A DNA stretch of 64,000 bases from Candidatus Rokuibacteriota bacterium. GTDB taxonomy: Bacteria > Methylomirabilota > Methylomirabilia > Rokubacteriales > CSP1-6. Below the pieces are notes generated by a model that had not been told where the DNA came from, did not search any database, and was given only the letters and a program-made list of their open reading frames with translations. The position numbers and the translations under genes are program-made. The DNA is taken from positions 128,484-192,483 of the forward strand of contig JACPIQ010000008.1 of assembly GCA_016188005.1 (NCBI GenBank), in the 5' to 3' direction. Below are positions 11,732-19,908 of the stretch, in pieces. The stretch's first letter is position 1, and every line of letters starts with the position of its first letter.

Positions 11732-12049
11732 ATGTCCCCGGAGGGTGAGGACGAGGAAGTGGAGCGGTGGCTGCGGAACTTCGTCCTCTCCCACGCGAAG
11801 CGCGAGAGCCCGCGCGTGGAGGCCACGGTCGACGCGGAAGGGGCCCGGGCGAGAGGCAGCTACGGCATCCGGTTGCGCTGCGGCGATGTCTGCCTGCCTC
11901 CGCAGGCGGAGCCGTCGATGGCGCTTCCCTTCGCCGAGGTCGCGGAGGGGCGGGGCCGCATGGCCTGGTGCGAGGCGCTCGCCGCCCGGGTGACGGCCAT
12001 GGCGCGGGAGCTGGTCGAAGTGGGGCGCGGGAAACGCAGCTCCGCGTGA
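11732..12049 (+). CDS. Hypothetical protein (105 aa)
   Basis: Follows nrdJ on the same strand with GAGG before the ATG. No motif recognised. Confidence 0.6.
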   Translation: MSPEGEDEEVERWLRNFVLSHAKRESPRVEATVDAEGARARGSYGIRLRCGDVCLPPQAEPSMALPFAEVAEGRGRMAWCEALAARVTAMARELVEVGRGKRSSA

Positions 12050-12248
12050 CCGCCGGCGCCGCGAAAGCGGCCCGCTGACACTCCTCCGGCGAGCGGAGCG
12101 GCGTCTTCAGGTTCCCGGGATGACCTGAGGATCACTGGTTCCGCATGGCTGTGTGGCGGCGCGCGGCCGGGAACCTCACGGTGTGGCGCGAGTTGGCAAG
12201 GTAAGCCCCTGCGAGAGCAGCCGAGAGCGGGGCCGACCCGGAAAGCGC

Positions 12249-12278
12249 TTGACCGTCCGAGCCGCAGCGGTGTTTAAT
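12249..12278 (+). promoter_or_regulatory. Putative sigma70 promoter of the cytochrome c gene
   Basis: TTGACC-N18-TTTAAT. Confidence 0.5.
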
Positions 12279-12335
12279 GGCGTGGTTCTGAAGGCGATCA
12301 CACGAGCCAAGGGCTCGAACTCAGGGAGGAAACCG

Positions 12336-12740
12336 ATGAGGAGATCCATGCTACATGGCGCCGTTGCGGTAGGCCTGGCCGCAGGCCTTGCCATCAGCAC
12401 GGGAGCCTGGGCCCAGGCGCCCTGGGTCGCGCCCGCTGCCGAGAAGGCGAGGAAGAACCCTGTCCCCCACGGGAAGAAGGCGGAGGAGCAGGGTGAGAAG
12501 GTGGCCAAGGTGAACTGCATCTCCTGTCACGGCGCCAAGGGCAAGGGCGATGGGGCCGCCGCCGCCGCCCTCAACCCGAAGCCCGCGGACTGGACCTCGA
12601 AGAAGGTTCAGGACGAGACGGACGGTGAGCTGTTCTGGAAGATCTCGAGCGGGCGCGGCGCCATGCCGCCCTGGAAGCATCTGCCGGAGAACGACCGCTG
12701 GGCTGTGGTCCACTTCATCCGCTCGCTCAAGGGAAAGTAG
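12336..12740 (+). CDS. Periplasmic monoheme cytochrome c
   Basis: GGAGG RBS, signal peptide, CISCH heme motif, distal Met in GAMPPW. Confidence 0.9.
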   Translation: MRRSMLHGAVAVGLAAGLAISTGAWAQAPWVAPAAEKARKNPVPHGKKAEEQGEKVAKVNCISCHGAKGKGDGAAAAALNPKPADWTSKKVQDETDGELFWKISSGRGAMPPWKHLPENDRWAVVHFIRSLKGK

Positions 12741-13009
12741 TCTCCGTCGATCTCGTCAGGGCGGGGGGCGCGAATCCTCCGGTGATCCGCCCGGAGCGCG
12801 TTCCCCCGCGTCTGTCCCTGTTGGAGCTGTGGCCCCGCCGGCCTATGCGCGTGAGGAGCGGGGCAGAGGCTCGCCGGGGAACGACGGGCGTCGGAGAATC
12901 TTACGATTTGAGCCCAGCGCCATTGCCGGCGGTGCCGGGGTCCCTCGCCCTCGGCTGAGGGCGGCATGAAATCGGCAGGTTGCATCAACCGCCCGGTGCG
13001 GGCATATCT

Positions 13010-13025
13010 TGGCACGCCCGGTGCT
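13010..13025 (+). promoter_or_regulatory. Putative sigma54 (-24/-12) promoter
   Basis: TGGCACG-CCCG-GTGCT against consensus TGGCACG-N4-TTGCW. IHF-like AATCGGCAGGTTG at 12970-12982. Confidence 0.55.
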
Positions 13026-13093
13026 CTAATCACGGGACTGCTACGACAGCCATGACCATCGCTGTTCGCGCTTTCTAGACTTCGGCACTGGCG

Positions 13094-15436
13094 ATGAGCG
13101 CCGAGCCGCCGCAGGACCAGGAATCCCCGGAGTTGGAGGCATCGCTCTCGGAGATCAGCCGCGCGCTGGACAGTCTCCGGGACCGCGTCCAGCGCCTCGG
13201 TGGGCTCCAGCCCGAGAGTCCCCAGGAAACCGAGCCCCGCGCCGACACGATCGACGCCGTAGACCCGGCGCTGCTCGGAAGCCTGCAGGAGGCCCTTGCC
13301 CTGCCGTCGAGCGGGTACGCTCCCGCAGAGATGTTCGGGATCGCCATGGACCGGACGGCCCGGCTCCTCGAGAGCGATCGCTCCATGCTGTTCCTGGTGG
13401 ATCCCGAGCGCGGGACACTCGAGCCGGCGGCCGCGCGGGGCTTTCGACGCGACGACCTGGGTGGCGTCTCCATCGCGCCGGGCGAGGGGCTCGTGGGGCG
13501 CTGTTTCATCGAAGGGCGCGCCCTCTGCTACGGCCGGCCCTCCGAGTCACCCCCCAGCGATCCGTTCGTCGCCCGCTTCCCCGTGCGCGATGCCGTCGCC
13601 GTTCCCGTCCGGGCCGACGGGGAGGTGCGGGGTGTGCTCTACGCCGGGCGCCGGGGGCGCAGCGTGCTCTTCACCGCCGAGGACATGCAGCTGCTGCTCG
13701 TGATCGCCGACCGCGTGGGCACCGCGTGCGCCCACCAGCGCCTCGTCGACCGGGCCGTGGACCACGTGGCCCGCCTCCGAGAGATAGAGGCGTTCTCGGG
13801 CCGGGCCCTCGTCGGGCAGGATCGCAGCGAGACCCTGGCGCGTGCCTGCGAGACGGCCTGCCGGCTGCTCAGGGTCGGCACGGCGGCGCTCGGTGTCCCG
13901 GACGGGCAGGGCGGGCTCAGGCTCGAGGCCGCTTCGGGCCTCCCGGCGGCGGCAGCGGAGGCATGGCCAGTGCTGCCCGACGAGGGGCTGCTTCGCGAGC
14001 TGTTCGCGACCACTCGCCCCGTCGTCATCCGCGACCTCCGTCAGCGGACGGCAGCGCCCGAGGCCTTCCTCCAGGCCCTCCATCTGCGCGGGTGCCTGCT
14101 CGTGCCCCTGCGGATCCACGACCGGATGGTCGGGGCCCTCTACCTGGGCGACGAGCGGGCGCGGGACTTCTCGGCGGACGAGGTGGAGGCGGCGCAGGTG
14201 CTGGCCTCGCTCATCGCCCTGGCGCTGGAGAACGAGCGGCTCTACGGGGAGGTGCGGAGCGCCTTCCAGGCGCTCGGCTCCGCCCAGGAGCGGATGGTTC
14301 AGAGCGAGAAGGTGCGGGCGCTTGGCGAGATGGCAGGGGGGATCGCGCACGAGTTCAACAACATCCTCGCCATCATCCTGGGGAAGGTCCAGCTCATGCT
14401 GGCCCGGGGAGCGGAGGAGAGCTTCCGGGAGGGCCTGGGGCAGGTCGAGGAGGCGGCCTGGCGGGCGGCGGACATCGTCCGCCGACTGCAGGCATTCGCC
14501 GCCACCAAGCTGGATGACGCCGCGGCCGCGACGAACCTGAACACCCTCGTGCACGACGCGGTGACCCTCACCCGCGGACTCTGGAAGGACGAGGCCGAGA
14601 CACGGGGCGCCCGGATCGAGGTGACGACGGACCTGGAGGAGACACCGCCCGTGGCGGGCAGCACGGCGGAACTGCGCGAAGCCGTCACCAACCTCGTCCT
14701 CAACGCCATCGATGCGATGCCGCGCGGGGGACAGCTGTTGCTCTCGACCCGGACGCGGGAGGGGGGCGTCGAGCTGAGCGTGAGGGACTCGGGCGAGGGA
14801 ATGTCCGACGAGGTGCGGCGCCGGGTCTTCGATCCGTTCTTCAGCACGCGCTCGCCGCTCAGGACGGGACTGGGGCTCTCCGTCGTGCACGGCATCGTGT
14901 CCCGACACGGGGGTCGGATCGAGGTGAGCAGCGAGCAGGGACAGGGCACCACGGTGACCCTCTGGCTGCCCGCCGGGCAACTCCCCGGCGCGGCGCCCGG
15001 AGCGCCGGCCCCTGCGGCGGACCCCGCGGAACGGCGGGAGCCGCCGGGGGACCAGGGCGCCCGCGCGGCCTCGGTCCTCGTCCTCGAGGACGAGGTGCAG
15101 ATCCGCGAGATGGTGGTGGAAGCGCTGGCGCAGGCCGGATACCGCGTGGACTCGGCCCCGGACGGGCTCAGCGGGCTCGCGCGCTTCCAGCGGGAGCCCA
15201 GCGACGTGGTGCTCACGGATCTCTCGCTCCCGGAGCGCTCGGGGCTCGAGGTGGCCCGCGCCGTCAAGCGCATGAGTGCCGAGACGCCCGTGGTCCTCGT
15301 GACCGGGTGGGGGCACTTGCTGGATCCCGTCCGGCTGCGCGAGAGCGGCGTGGATCTGACGCTCGTGAAGCCCTTCCGTCTGGAGCGGGTACTGGCCGTC
15401 GTGGCCGAGGCGCTGCGATTGCGCCGCCCGGCATGA
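13094..15436 (+). CDS. GAF-GAF hybrid sensor histidine kinase/response regulator
   Basis: Two GAF-like domains, H-box AHEFNNIL, NLVLNAIDA, DSGEGM, TGLGL, C-terminal receiver (LEDE, TDLSLP, KPF). Confidence 0.92.
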   Translation: MSAEPPQDQESPELEASLSEISRALDSLRDRVQRLGGLQPESPQETEPRADTIDAVDPALLGSLQEALALPSSGYAPAEMFGIAMDRTARLLESDRSMLFLVDPERGTLEPAAARGFRRDDLGGVSIAPGEGLVGRCFIEGRALCYGRPSESPPSDPFVARFPVRDAVAVPVRADGEVRGVLYAGRRGRSVLFTAEDMQLLLVIADRVGTACAHQRLVDRAVDHVARLREIEAFSGRALVGQDRSETLARACETACRLLRVGTAALGVPDGQGGLRLEAASGLPAAAAEAWPVLPDEGLLRELFATTRPVVIRDLRQRTAAPEAFLQALHLRGCLLVPLRIHDRMVGALYLGDERARDFSADEVEAAQVLASLIALALENERLYGEVRSAFQALGSAQERMVQSEKVRALGEMAGGIAHEFNNILAIILGKVQLMLARGAEESFREGLGQVEEAAWRAADIVRRLQAFAATKLDDAAAATNLNTLVHDAVTLTRGLWKDEAETRGARIEVTTDLEETPPVAGSTAELREAVTNLVLNAIDAMPRGGQLLLSTRTREGGVELSVRDSGEGMSDEVRRRVFDPFFSTRSPLRTGLGLSVVHGIVSRHGGRIEVSSEQGQGTTVTLWLPAGQLPGAAPGAPAPAADPAERREPPGDQGARAASVLVLEDEVQIREMVVEALAQAGYRVDSAPDGLSGLARFQREPSDVVLTDLSLPERSGLEVARAVKRMSAETPVVLVTGWGHLLDPVRLRESGVDLTLVKPFRLERVLAVVAEALRLRRPA

Positions 15437-15446
15437 CCGCGCCCGG

Positions 15447-16370
15447 GTGAGGCGCCTGGCGACGATCGACCTCGGCACCAACACGGTGCGACTGCTCGTG
15501 GCCGAGGCCCAGGGACAGCAGTGGCGGTGGCTCCTGGAGCGCCAGCGGGTCACCCGCCTCGGCCAGGGGCAGGCCGCTGCCGGGCGGCTCTGCGAAGTGC
15601 CCATGGCCCGGACGCTCGAGGTGATGGCGGAGTTCGTGGCAGCGGCGGAAGGGCTCGGCGCTGCGCCGATCCGCATCGTCGCCACCAGCGCCGTGAGGGA
15701 TGCCCCGAACGGCGGCGACTTCGCGGAACGGGTCCGTGCGGTGACTCGCCATGCGGTGGAGATCCTCTCGGGCGAGCAGGAGGCGCGGCTCACGCTCCTC
15801 GCAGTGCGCCGCAGCCTGCCCTGGATCCCCGAACCATTCGTCCTCGTGGACATCGGCGGCGGGAGCACCGAGCTCGTCCTCTGCCGCGAGGGGGGGGCCG
15901 CCGCAGCAGTGAGTTTGTCGCTGGGAGTGGTGCCCCTCACCGAGGAGTTCATGGACGCCGGCGCCGTGGACGGGAGGCGCCTCGGGCAGATGCGCCGGGC
16001 AATCGTGGACCGGCTGGCGCACGAGGTGCCGGCGGCGATCGCCGCGGCCGGAGCCCTCGCGCTGGTGGGGACAGCGGGCACCGTGACGGCGCTGGCGGCG
16101 CTGGATCTCGGCCTCCCGGCGTATGACGCCGATCGCGTTCACGGGCACCGGCTGACGAGACCGGCCGTGGAGCGTCTCCTGGCGCGGCTGGGCGGGCTGA
16201 CGCTCGAGGAACGGTCGCGGCTGCCGTGTCTGGAGCCCGGACGCGCGGACGTTCTCATCGCGGGCATCGCCATCTGCCTGGCGGCCATGGACCGCCTGGG
16301 CTCGGACTCGCTGGTCGTGAGCGACCGCGGGCTCCGCGAAGGGATCCTGTGCGAGATGCTGGAGCCGTGA
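15447..16370 (+). CDS. ppx: Ppx/GppA family phosphatase
   Basis: IDLGTNT, ATSAVRDA, SGEQEA, DIGGGSTE, GLREG. Confidence 0.9.
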   Translation: MRRLATIDLGTNTVRLLVAEAQGQQWRWLLERQRVTRLGQGQAAAGRLCEVPMARTLEVMAEFVAAAEGLGAAPIRIVATSAVRDAPNGGDFAERVRAVTRHAVEILSGEQEARLTLLAVRRSLPWIPEPFVLVDIGGGSTELVLCREGGAAAAVSLSLGVVPLTEEFMDAGAVDGRRLGQMRRAIVDRLAHEVPAAIAAAGALALVGTAGTVTALAALDLGLPAYDADRVHGHRLTRPAVERLLARLGGLTLEERSRLPCLEPGRADVLIAGIAICLAAMDRLGSDSLVVSDRGLREGILCEMLEP

Positions 16371-16515
16371 CGAGGCGGGGCCCGGTCGTCCCGGCCTGCC
16401 ACGCCGGGGGCGAGGGTTGCATGCGCCGCGGGGCCGGCTTCCAGCCGTGACGTGGATGACAGGCTGTCCGGCCCCTCTGTTCCACGGCTGACACCTGATC
16501 TGAGGAATCGCCTCA

Positions 16516-16571
16516 CAACTACCTGATATAGTGGTGCTCTCGGGCCTCCAGGCCATGGCACGACGCATGCC
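16516..16571 (+). promoter_or_regulatory. Putative IHF site plus sigma54 promoter
   Basis: Minus-strand TATCAGGTAGTTG (16516-16528) fits WATCAR-N4-TTR. TGGCACG-ACGC-ATGCC at 16556-16571. Confidence 0.55.
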
Positions 16572-16612
16572 TCGTCGGGAAGGTGCGAACAGCGCGCGAG
16601 GGGAGGCAAGGC

Positions 16613-17044
16613 ATGCAGATAGCGATCAGGGCTCGTCACCGTCGATGGCTCGAAGTGGCGCTGCCGGCATACTCGGTGGCAGTGCTCCTGGCCTATTTCC
16701 GCCCCGAGTACCTGCCGCGTGCCGAGGGCGGGGAGACCCTGACCGAATGGTTCATGCCCTGGGCGATCTGGGGTGTCGCCGGGGCGATGAGCGGCGTCCT
16801 CGCGCTGTCGGGGCTCGTGGTGGCCTTCTTTCTCCTCTACTCGCCGCTCTACCTGGCCGCCCGGAGCCTCGCCCTGGTCGGCAAGGGCGGCTGGGTGGAC
16901 CGGCGGGAGCTGCGCTTCTACACCGCGTGCTTCATCCTCCTGAGCTTCCTCTCGGGCCTCGCGGTGTGGAGCCCGCTGCTCGCGGCCTCCGCCTTCGTCC
17001 TCCTGGCCGGCTGCGCCCACCTCGTGTGGCGCGCCGTGGTGTAG
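16613..17044 (+). CDS. Hypothetical integral membrane protein (~4 TM)
   Basis: GGAGG before ATG 16613 and several hydrophobic segments. Confidence 0.7.
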   Translation: MQIAIRARHRRWLEVALPAYSVAVLLAYFRPEYLPRAEGGETLTEWFMPWAIWGVAGAMSGVLALSGLVVAFFLLYSPLYLAARSLALVGKGGWVDRRELRFYTACFILLSFLSGLAVWSPLLAASAFVLLAGCAHLVWRAVV

Positions 17045-17074
17045 CCGGCGCGTGCCGCGCGCGCGGGGAGCGGG

Positions 17075-17103
17075 TTGACAGGGTGGGGCGGCCTGAATAT
17101 CCT
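17075..17103 (+). promoter_or_regulatory. sigma70 promoter upstream of HNH-uvrB
   Basis: TTGACA-N17-TATCCT. Confidence 0.65.
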
Positions 17104-17114
17104 AACGGAGGTAT

Positions 17115-17645
17115 ATGGATGACTTAGCGGTGCTGGTGCTGAACTACACCTACGAGCCGCTGCACTTCACCAACGCCAAACGGGCGATCACCCTCCTCCT
17201 GAGCGGCAAGGCCGAGGGGGTCGAAGCTTCCCCGCGAGTCATCCGCTCGCCGTCGCGCACCTTCCCGCTCCCCTCGGTCATCCGGCTGGCCACCTACATC
17301 CGGAAGCCGTTCCTGGAACGGGTGGCGTTCAACAAGAAGAATATCCTTCGGCGGGACGGGCACACCTGCCAGTACTGCAGCCGCCGAGGCGAGAAGCTCA
17401 CGGTGGACCACGTGGTGCCCCGCTCCCGGGGCGGGCAGACCACCTGGACGAACGTGGTCGCCGCGTGCCTCCGCTGCAACCTCCTGAAGGGGAACCGCAC
17501 GCTGGACGAGGCGCGGCTGCGCCTGGTCCGGGAGCCGGTGCACCCGCACTTCCTCTTCTCCGCGCACCTGCTGCGGCACCCGCACGCCACCTCGTTCCTG
17601 GATTCCTGGCGCAAGTACCTGGTCGCCGCCCCGTCCAGCCTGTAA
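17115..17645 (+). CDS. HNH endonuclease (McrA-like)
   Basis: [52 protein letters not shown]. Confidence 0.92.
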   Translation: MDDLAVLVLNYTYEPLHFTNAKRAITLLLSGKAEGVEASPRVIRSPSRTFPLPSVIRLATYIRKPFLERVAFNKKNILRRDGHTCQYCSRRGEKLTVDHVVPRSRGGQTTWTNVVAACLRCNLLKGNRTLDEARLRLVREPVHPHFLFSAHLLRHPHATSFLDSWRKYLVAAPSSL

Positions 17646-17650
17646 CGCCG

Positions 17651-19675
17651 TTGTTCAGACTCGCCTCCGACTTCATGCCGGCGGGCGACCAGCCTGGCGC
17701 CATCGATCGCCTCGTGGGCCTGCTCGGGGAGGGGCACCCGCACTCCGTCCTGCTGGGCATCACGGGGAGTGGAAAGACCTTCACCCTGGCCAACGTGGTC
17801 AGCCGGCTCCGGCGCCCGGCCCTGGTGATCTCGCCCAACAAGACCCTGGCCGCCCAGCTCCACGGCGAGTTCAAGTCGTTCTTCCCCGACAGCGCCGTCG
17901 AGTACTTCGTCTCCTACTACGACTACTACCAGCCCGAGGCGTACATTCCCCAGTCCGACACCTACATCGAGAAGGACGCGCTGGTGAACGACGAGATCGA
18001 CCGCATGCGCCACTCGGCGACGACCGCGCTCTTCGAGCGGCGCGACGTGGTGGTGGTCGCCTCGGTCTCCTGCATCTACGGCATCGGCGCGCCGGAGACG
18101 TACCGGGGGATGCACGTGGGGCTCGAGGCCGGACGGAGCGTGGCCCGAGAGGCACTGATCCGGGACCTGGTCGCCATCCAGTACGAGCGCAACGACTACG
18201 ACTTCCGCCGGGGCACCTTCCGCGTGCGCGGGGACGTCGTCGAGATCTTCCCGGCCGCCGCCGACTCGCAGGCGCTGCGGGTCGAGCTCTGGGGCGACAC
18301 CATCGAGCGGCTGGTCACGCTGGACCCGCTGCGCGGTACCACGACGGGGATCGTGCCGAGCGCGCGCATCTATCCGGCCAGCCACTACGTGACACCGGCC
18401 GAGCAGCTGGAGCGGGCCCTCGGGGGCATCCAGGAGGAGCTGCGGGAGCGGCTGGCCTTCTTCCGGGCGCGGGGCCGGCTCCTGGAGGCCCAGAGGCTGG
18501 AGCAGCGCACGCTCTTCGACATGGAGATGCTGCGGGAGATCGGCTACTGCCACGGGATCGAGAACTACTCCCGCCACCTGTCCGGGCGCAAGCCGGGGCA
18601 GAACCCGCCCACGCTGATGGACTACCTGCCCAGGGACACCCTCGTCATCATCGACGAGTCGCACGTCACCGTGCCCCAGATCCGCGGCATGTACCCCGGC
18701 GACCGGTCGCGGAAGGAGGCGCTGGTGGAGTACGGCTTCCGGCTCCCCTCGGCCTTCGACAACCGCCCGCTGACCTTTGACGAGTTCCGGTCGGCCGTGA
18801 CGCAGGTGCTGTACGTCTCCGCGACGCCCGGCGCCTACGAGCTGGAGCTGGCGGGCGCCGTGCGCGAGCCCGGCGGACGCGCCTGGGTGGGCGGCGCGGT
18901 GGCGGAGCAGATCATCCGCCCCACCGGGCTCATGGACCCCAGGATCACCGTGCGCCCCGCCTCAATCCAGGTGGATGACCTCATGCACGAGGTGCGGGCG
19001 CGGGCCGAGCGCGACGAGCGGGTCCTGATCACCACGCTCACCAAGCGCATGGCCGAGGACCTGACGGAGTACTACCAGCAGAACGGCCTGCGCGTGCGCT
19101 ACCTGCACTCCGACATCGACACGCTGGACCGCGTGGCGGTGATCCGCGACCTGCGCCTCGGCAAGTTCGACGCGCTCGTCGGCATCAACCTCCTGCGGGA
19201 AGGCCTGGACCTGCCGGAGGTGTCGCTGGTGGGGATCCTGGATGCCGACAAGGAAGGCTACCTGCGCTCGGCCACCTCCCTGATCCAGACGGCGGGGCGG
19301 GCCGCACGGCACGTCAACGGCGAGGTGCTCATGTACGCCGACCGCGTCACCGGCTCCATGCAGGAGGCCCTGGCCGAGACCGACCGGCGGCGCGCAGCCC
19401 AGGACGAGTACAACCACGTCCACGGCATCACGCCGGAATCCATCAAGAAATCCATCCGCGAGCTGCTGGAGACCGTGCCCGAGCGGGACTACTACACGGT
19501 GGCCGTGCCCGAGGCCGCGGAGCCCGCGTGGGAGAGCGCGCAGGCGCTGGCCGCCCAGATCGCCGAGATGGAGGCCGCCATGCGCGAGGCGGCCAAGCGG
19601 CTGGACTTCGAGCGAGCCGCCGAGTTGAGGGACCGCGTCAAGGCGCTCCGGAAGATCGAGCTCGAGGTGCGGTGA
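17651..19675 (+). CDS. uvrB: Excinuclease ABC subunit B
   Basis: [44 protein letters not shown]-terminal UVR domain. Start uncertain (TTG 17651 or ATG 17675). Confidence 0.95.
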   Translation: MFRLASDFMPAGDQPGAIDRLVGLLGEGHPHSVLLGITGSGKTFTLANVVSRLRRPALVISPNKTLAAQLHGEFKSFFPDSAVEYFVSYYDYYQPEAYIPQSDTYIEKDALVNDEIDRMRHSATTALFERRDVVVVASVSCIYGIGAPETYRGMHVGLEAGRSVAREALIRDLVAIQYERNDYDFRRGTFRVRGDVVEIFPAAADSQALRVELWGDTIERLVTLDPLRGTTTGIVPSARIYPASHYVTPAEQLERALGGIQEELRERLAFFRARGRLLEAQRLEQRTLFDMEMLREIGYCHGIENYSRHLSGRKPGQNPPTLMDYLPRDTLVIIDESHVTVPQIRGMYPGDRSRKEALVEYGFRLPSAFDNRPLTFDEFRSAVTQVLYVSATPGAYELELAGAVREPGGRAWVGGAVAEQIIRPTGLMDPRITVRPASIQVDDLMHEVRARAERDERVLITTLTKRMAEDLTEYYQQNGLRVRYLHSDIDTLDRVAVIRDLRLGKFDALVGINLLREGLDLPEVSLVGILDADKEGYLRSATSLIQTAGRAARHVNGEVLMYADRVTGSMQEALAETDRRRAAQDEYNHVHGITPESIKKSIRELLETVPERDYYTVAVPEAAEPAWESAQALAAQIAEMEAAMREAAKRLDFERAAELRDRVKALRKIELEVR

Positions 19676-19679
19676 GCCG

Positions 19680-19889
19680 GTGGGCATCTTCAAGTGGGCG
19701 CTGGTGCTCTTCGCGAGCCTGACGCTCGGGCTCGTGGTGGTGTCGAAGGTGCTGGGCTTCCTCAACCCGCCCCGCCCGGGGCGATCCGAGCCGTTGTTGC
19801 TGGCCCGGACCCGCCGCGCGCTCCGCTGGTCGATCCTCTTCCCCGCGCTCCTGGGGCTCGGCATCCTCGCCGCCACGTTGCTGAGGTGA
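19680..19889 (+). CDS. Small two-TM membrane protein
   Basis: 69 aa with two hydrophobic helices. Fills the uvrB-uvrC gap. Confidence 0.55.
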   Translation: MGIFKWALVLFASLTLGLVVVSKVLGFLNPPRPGRSEPLLLARTRRALRWSILFPALLGLGILAATLLR

Positions 19890-19908
19890 CGGCGGGTAGA
19901 ATACGAGC

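Noticed and set aside
9422-11794. Long antisense ORFs mirroring nrdJ, leuS, pyrG, valS, dnaE and others
   Set aside because: Typical high-GC antisense shadows with no motifs.
13052-13096. In-frame ATG...TAG upstream of the kinase as a second amber read-through case
   Set aside because: The extension has no domain support and TAG is a normal stop throughout the window. Likely chance or a trivial uORF.
16512-16536. NrdR-box-like sequence
   Set aside because: Only a partial match and 7 kb from the nrdJ start. It fits an IHF site next to a sigma54 motif better.
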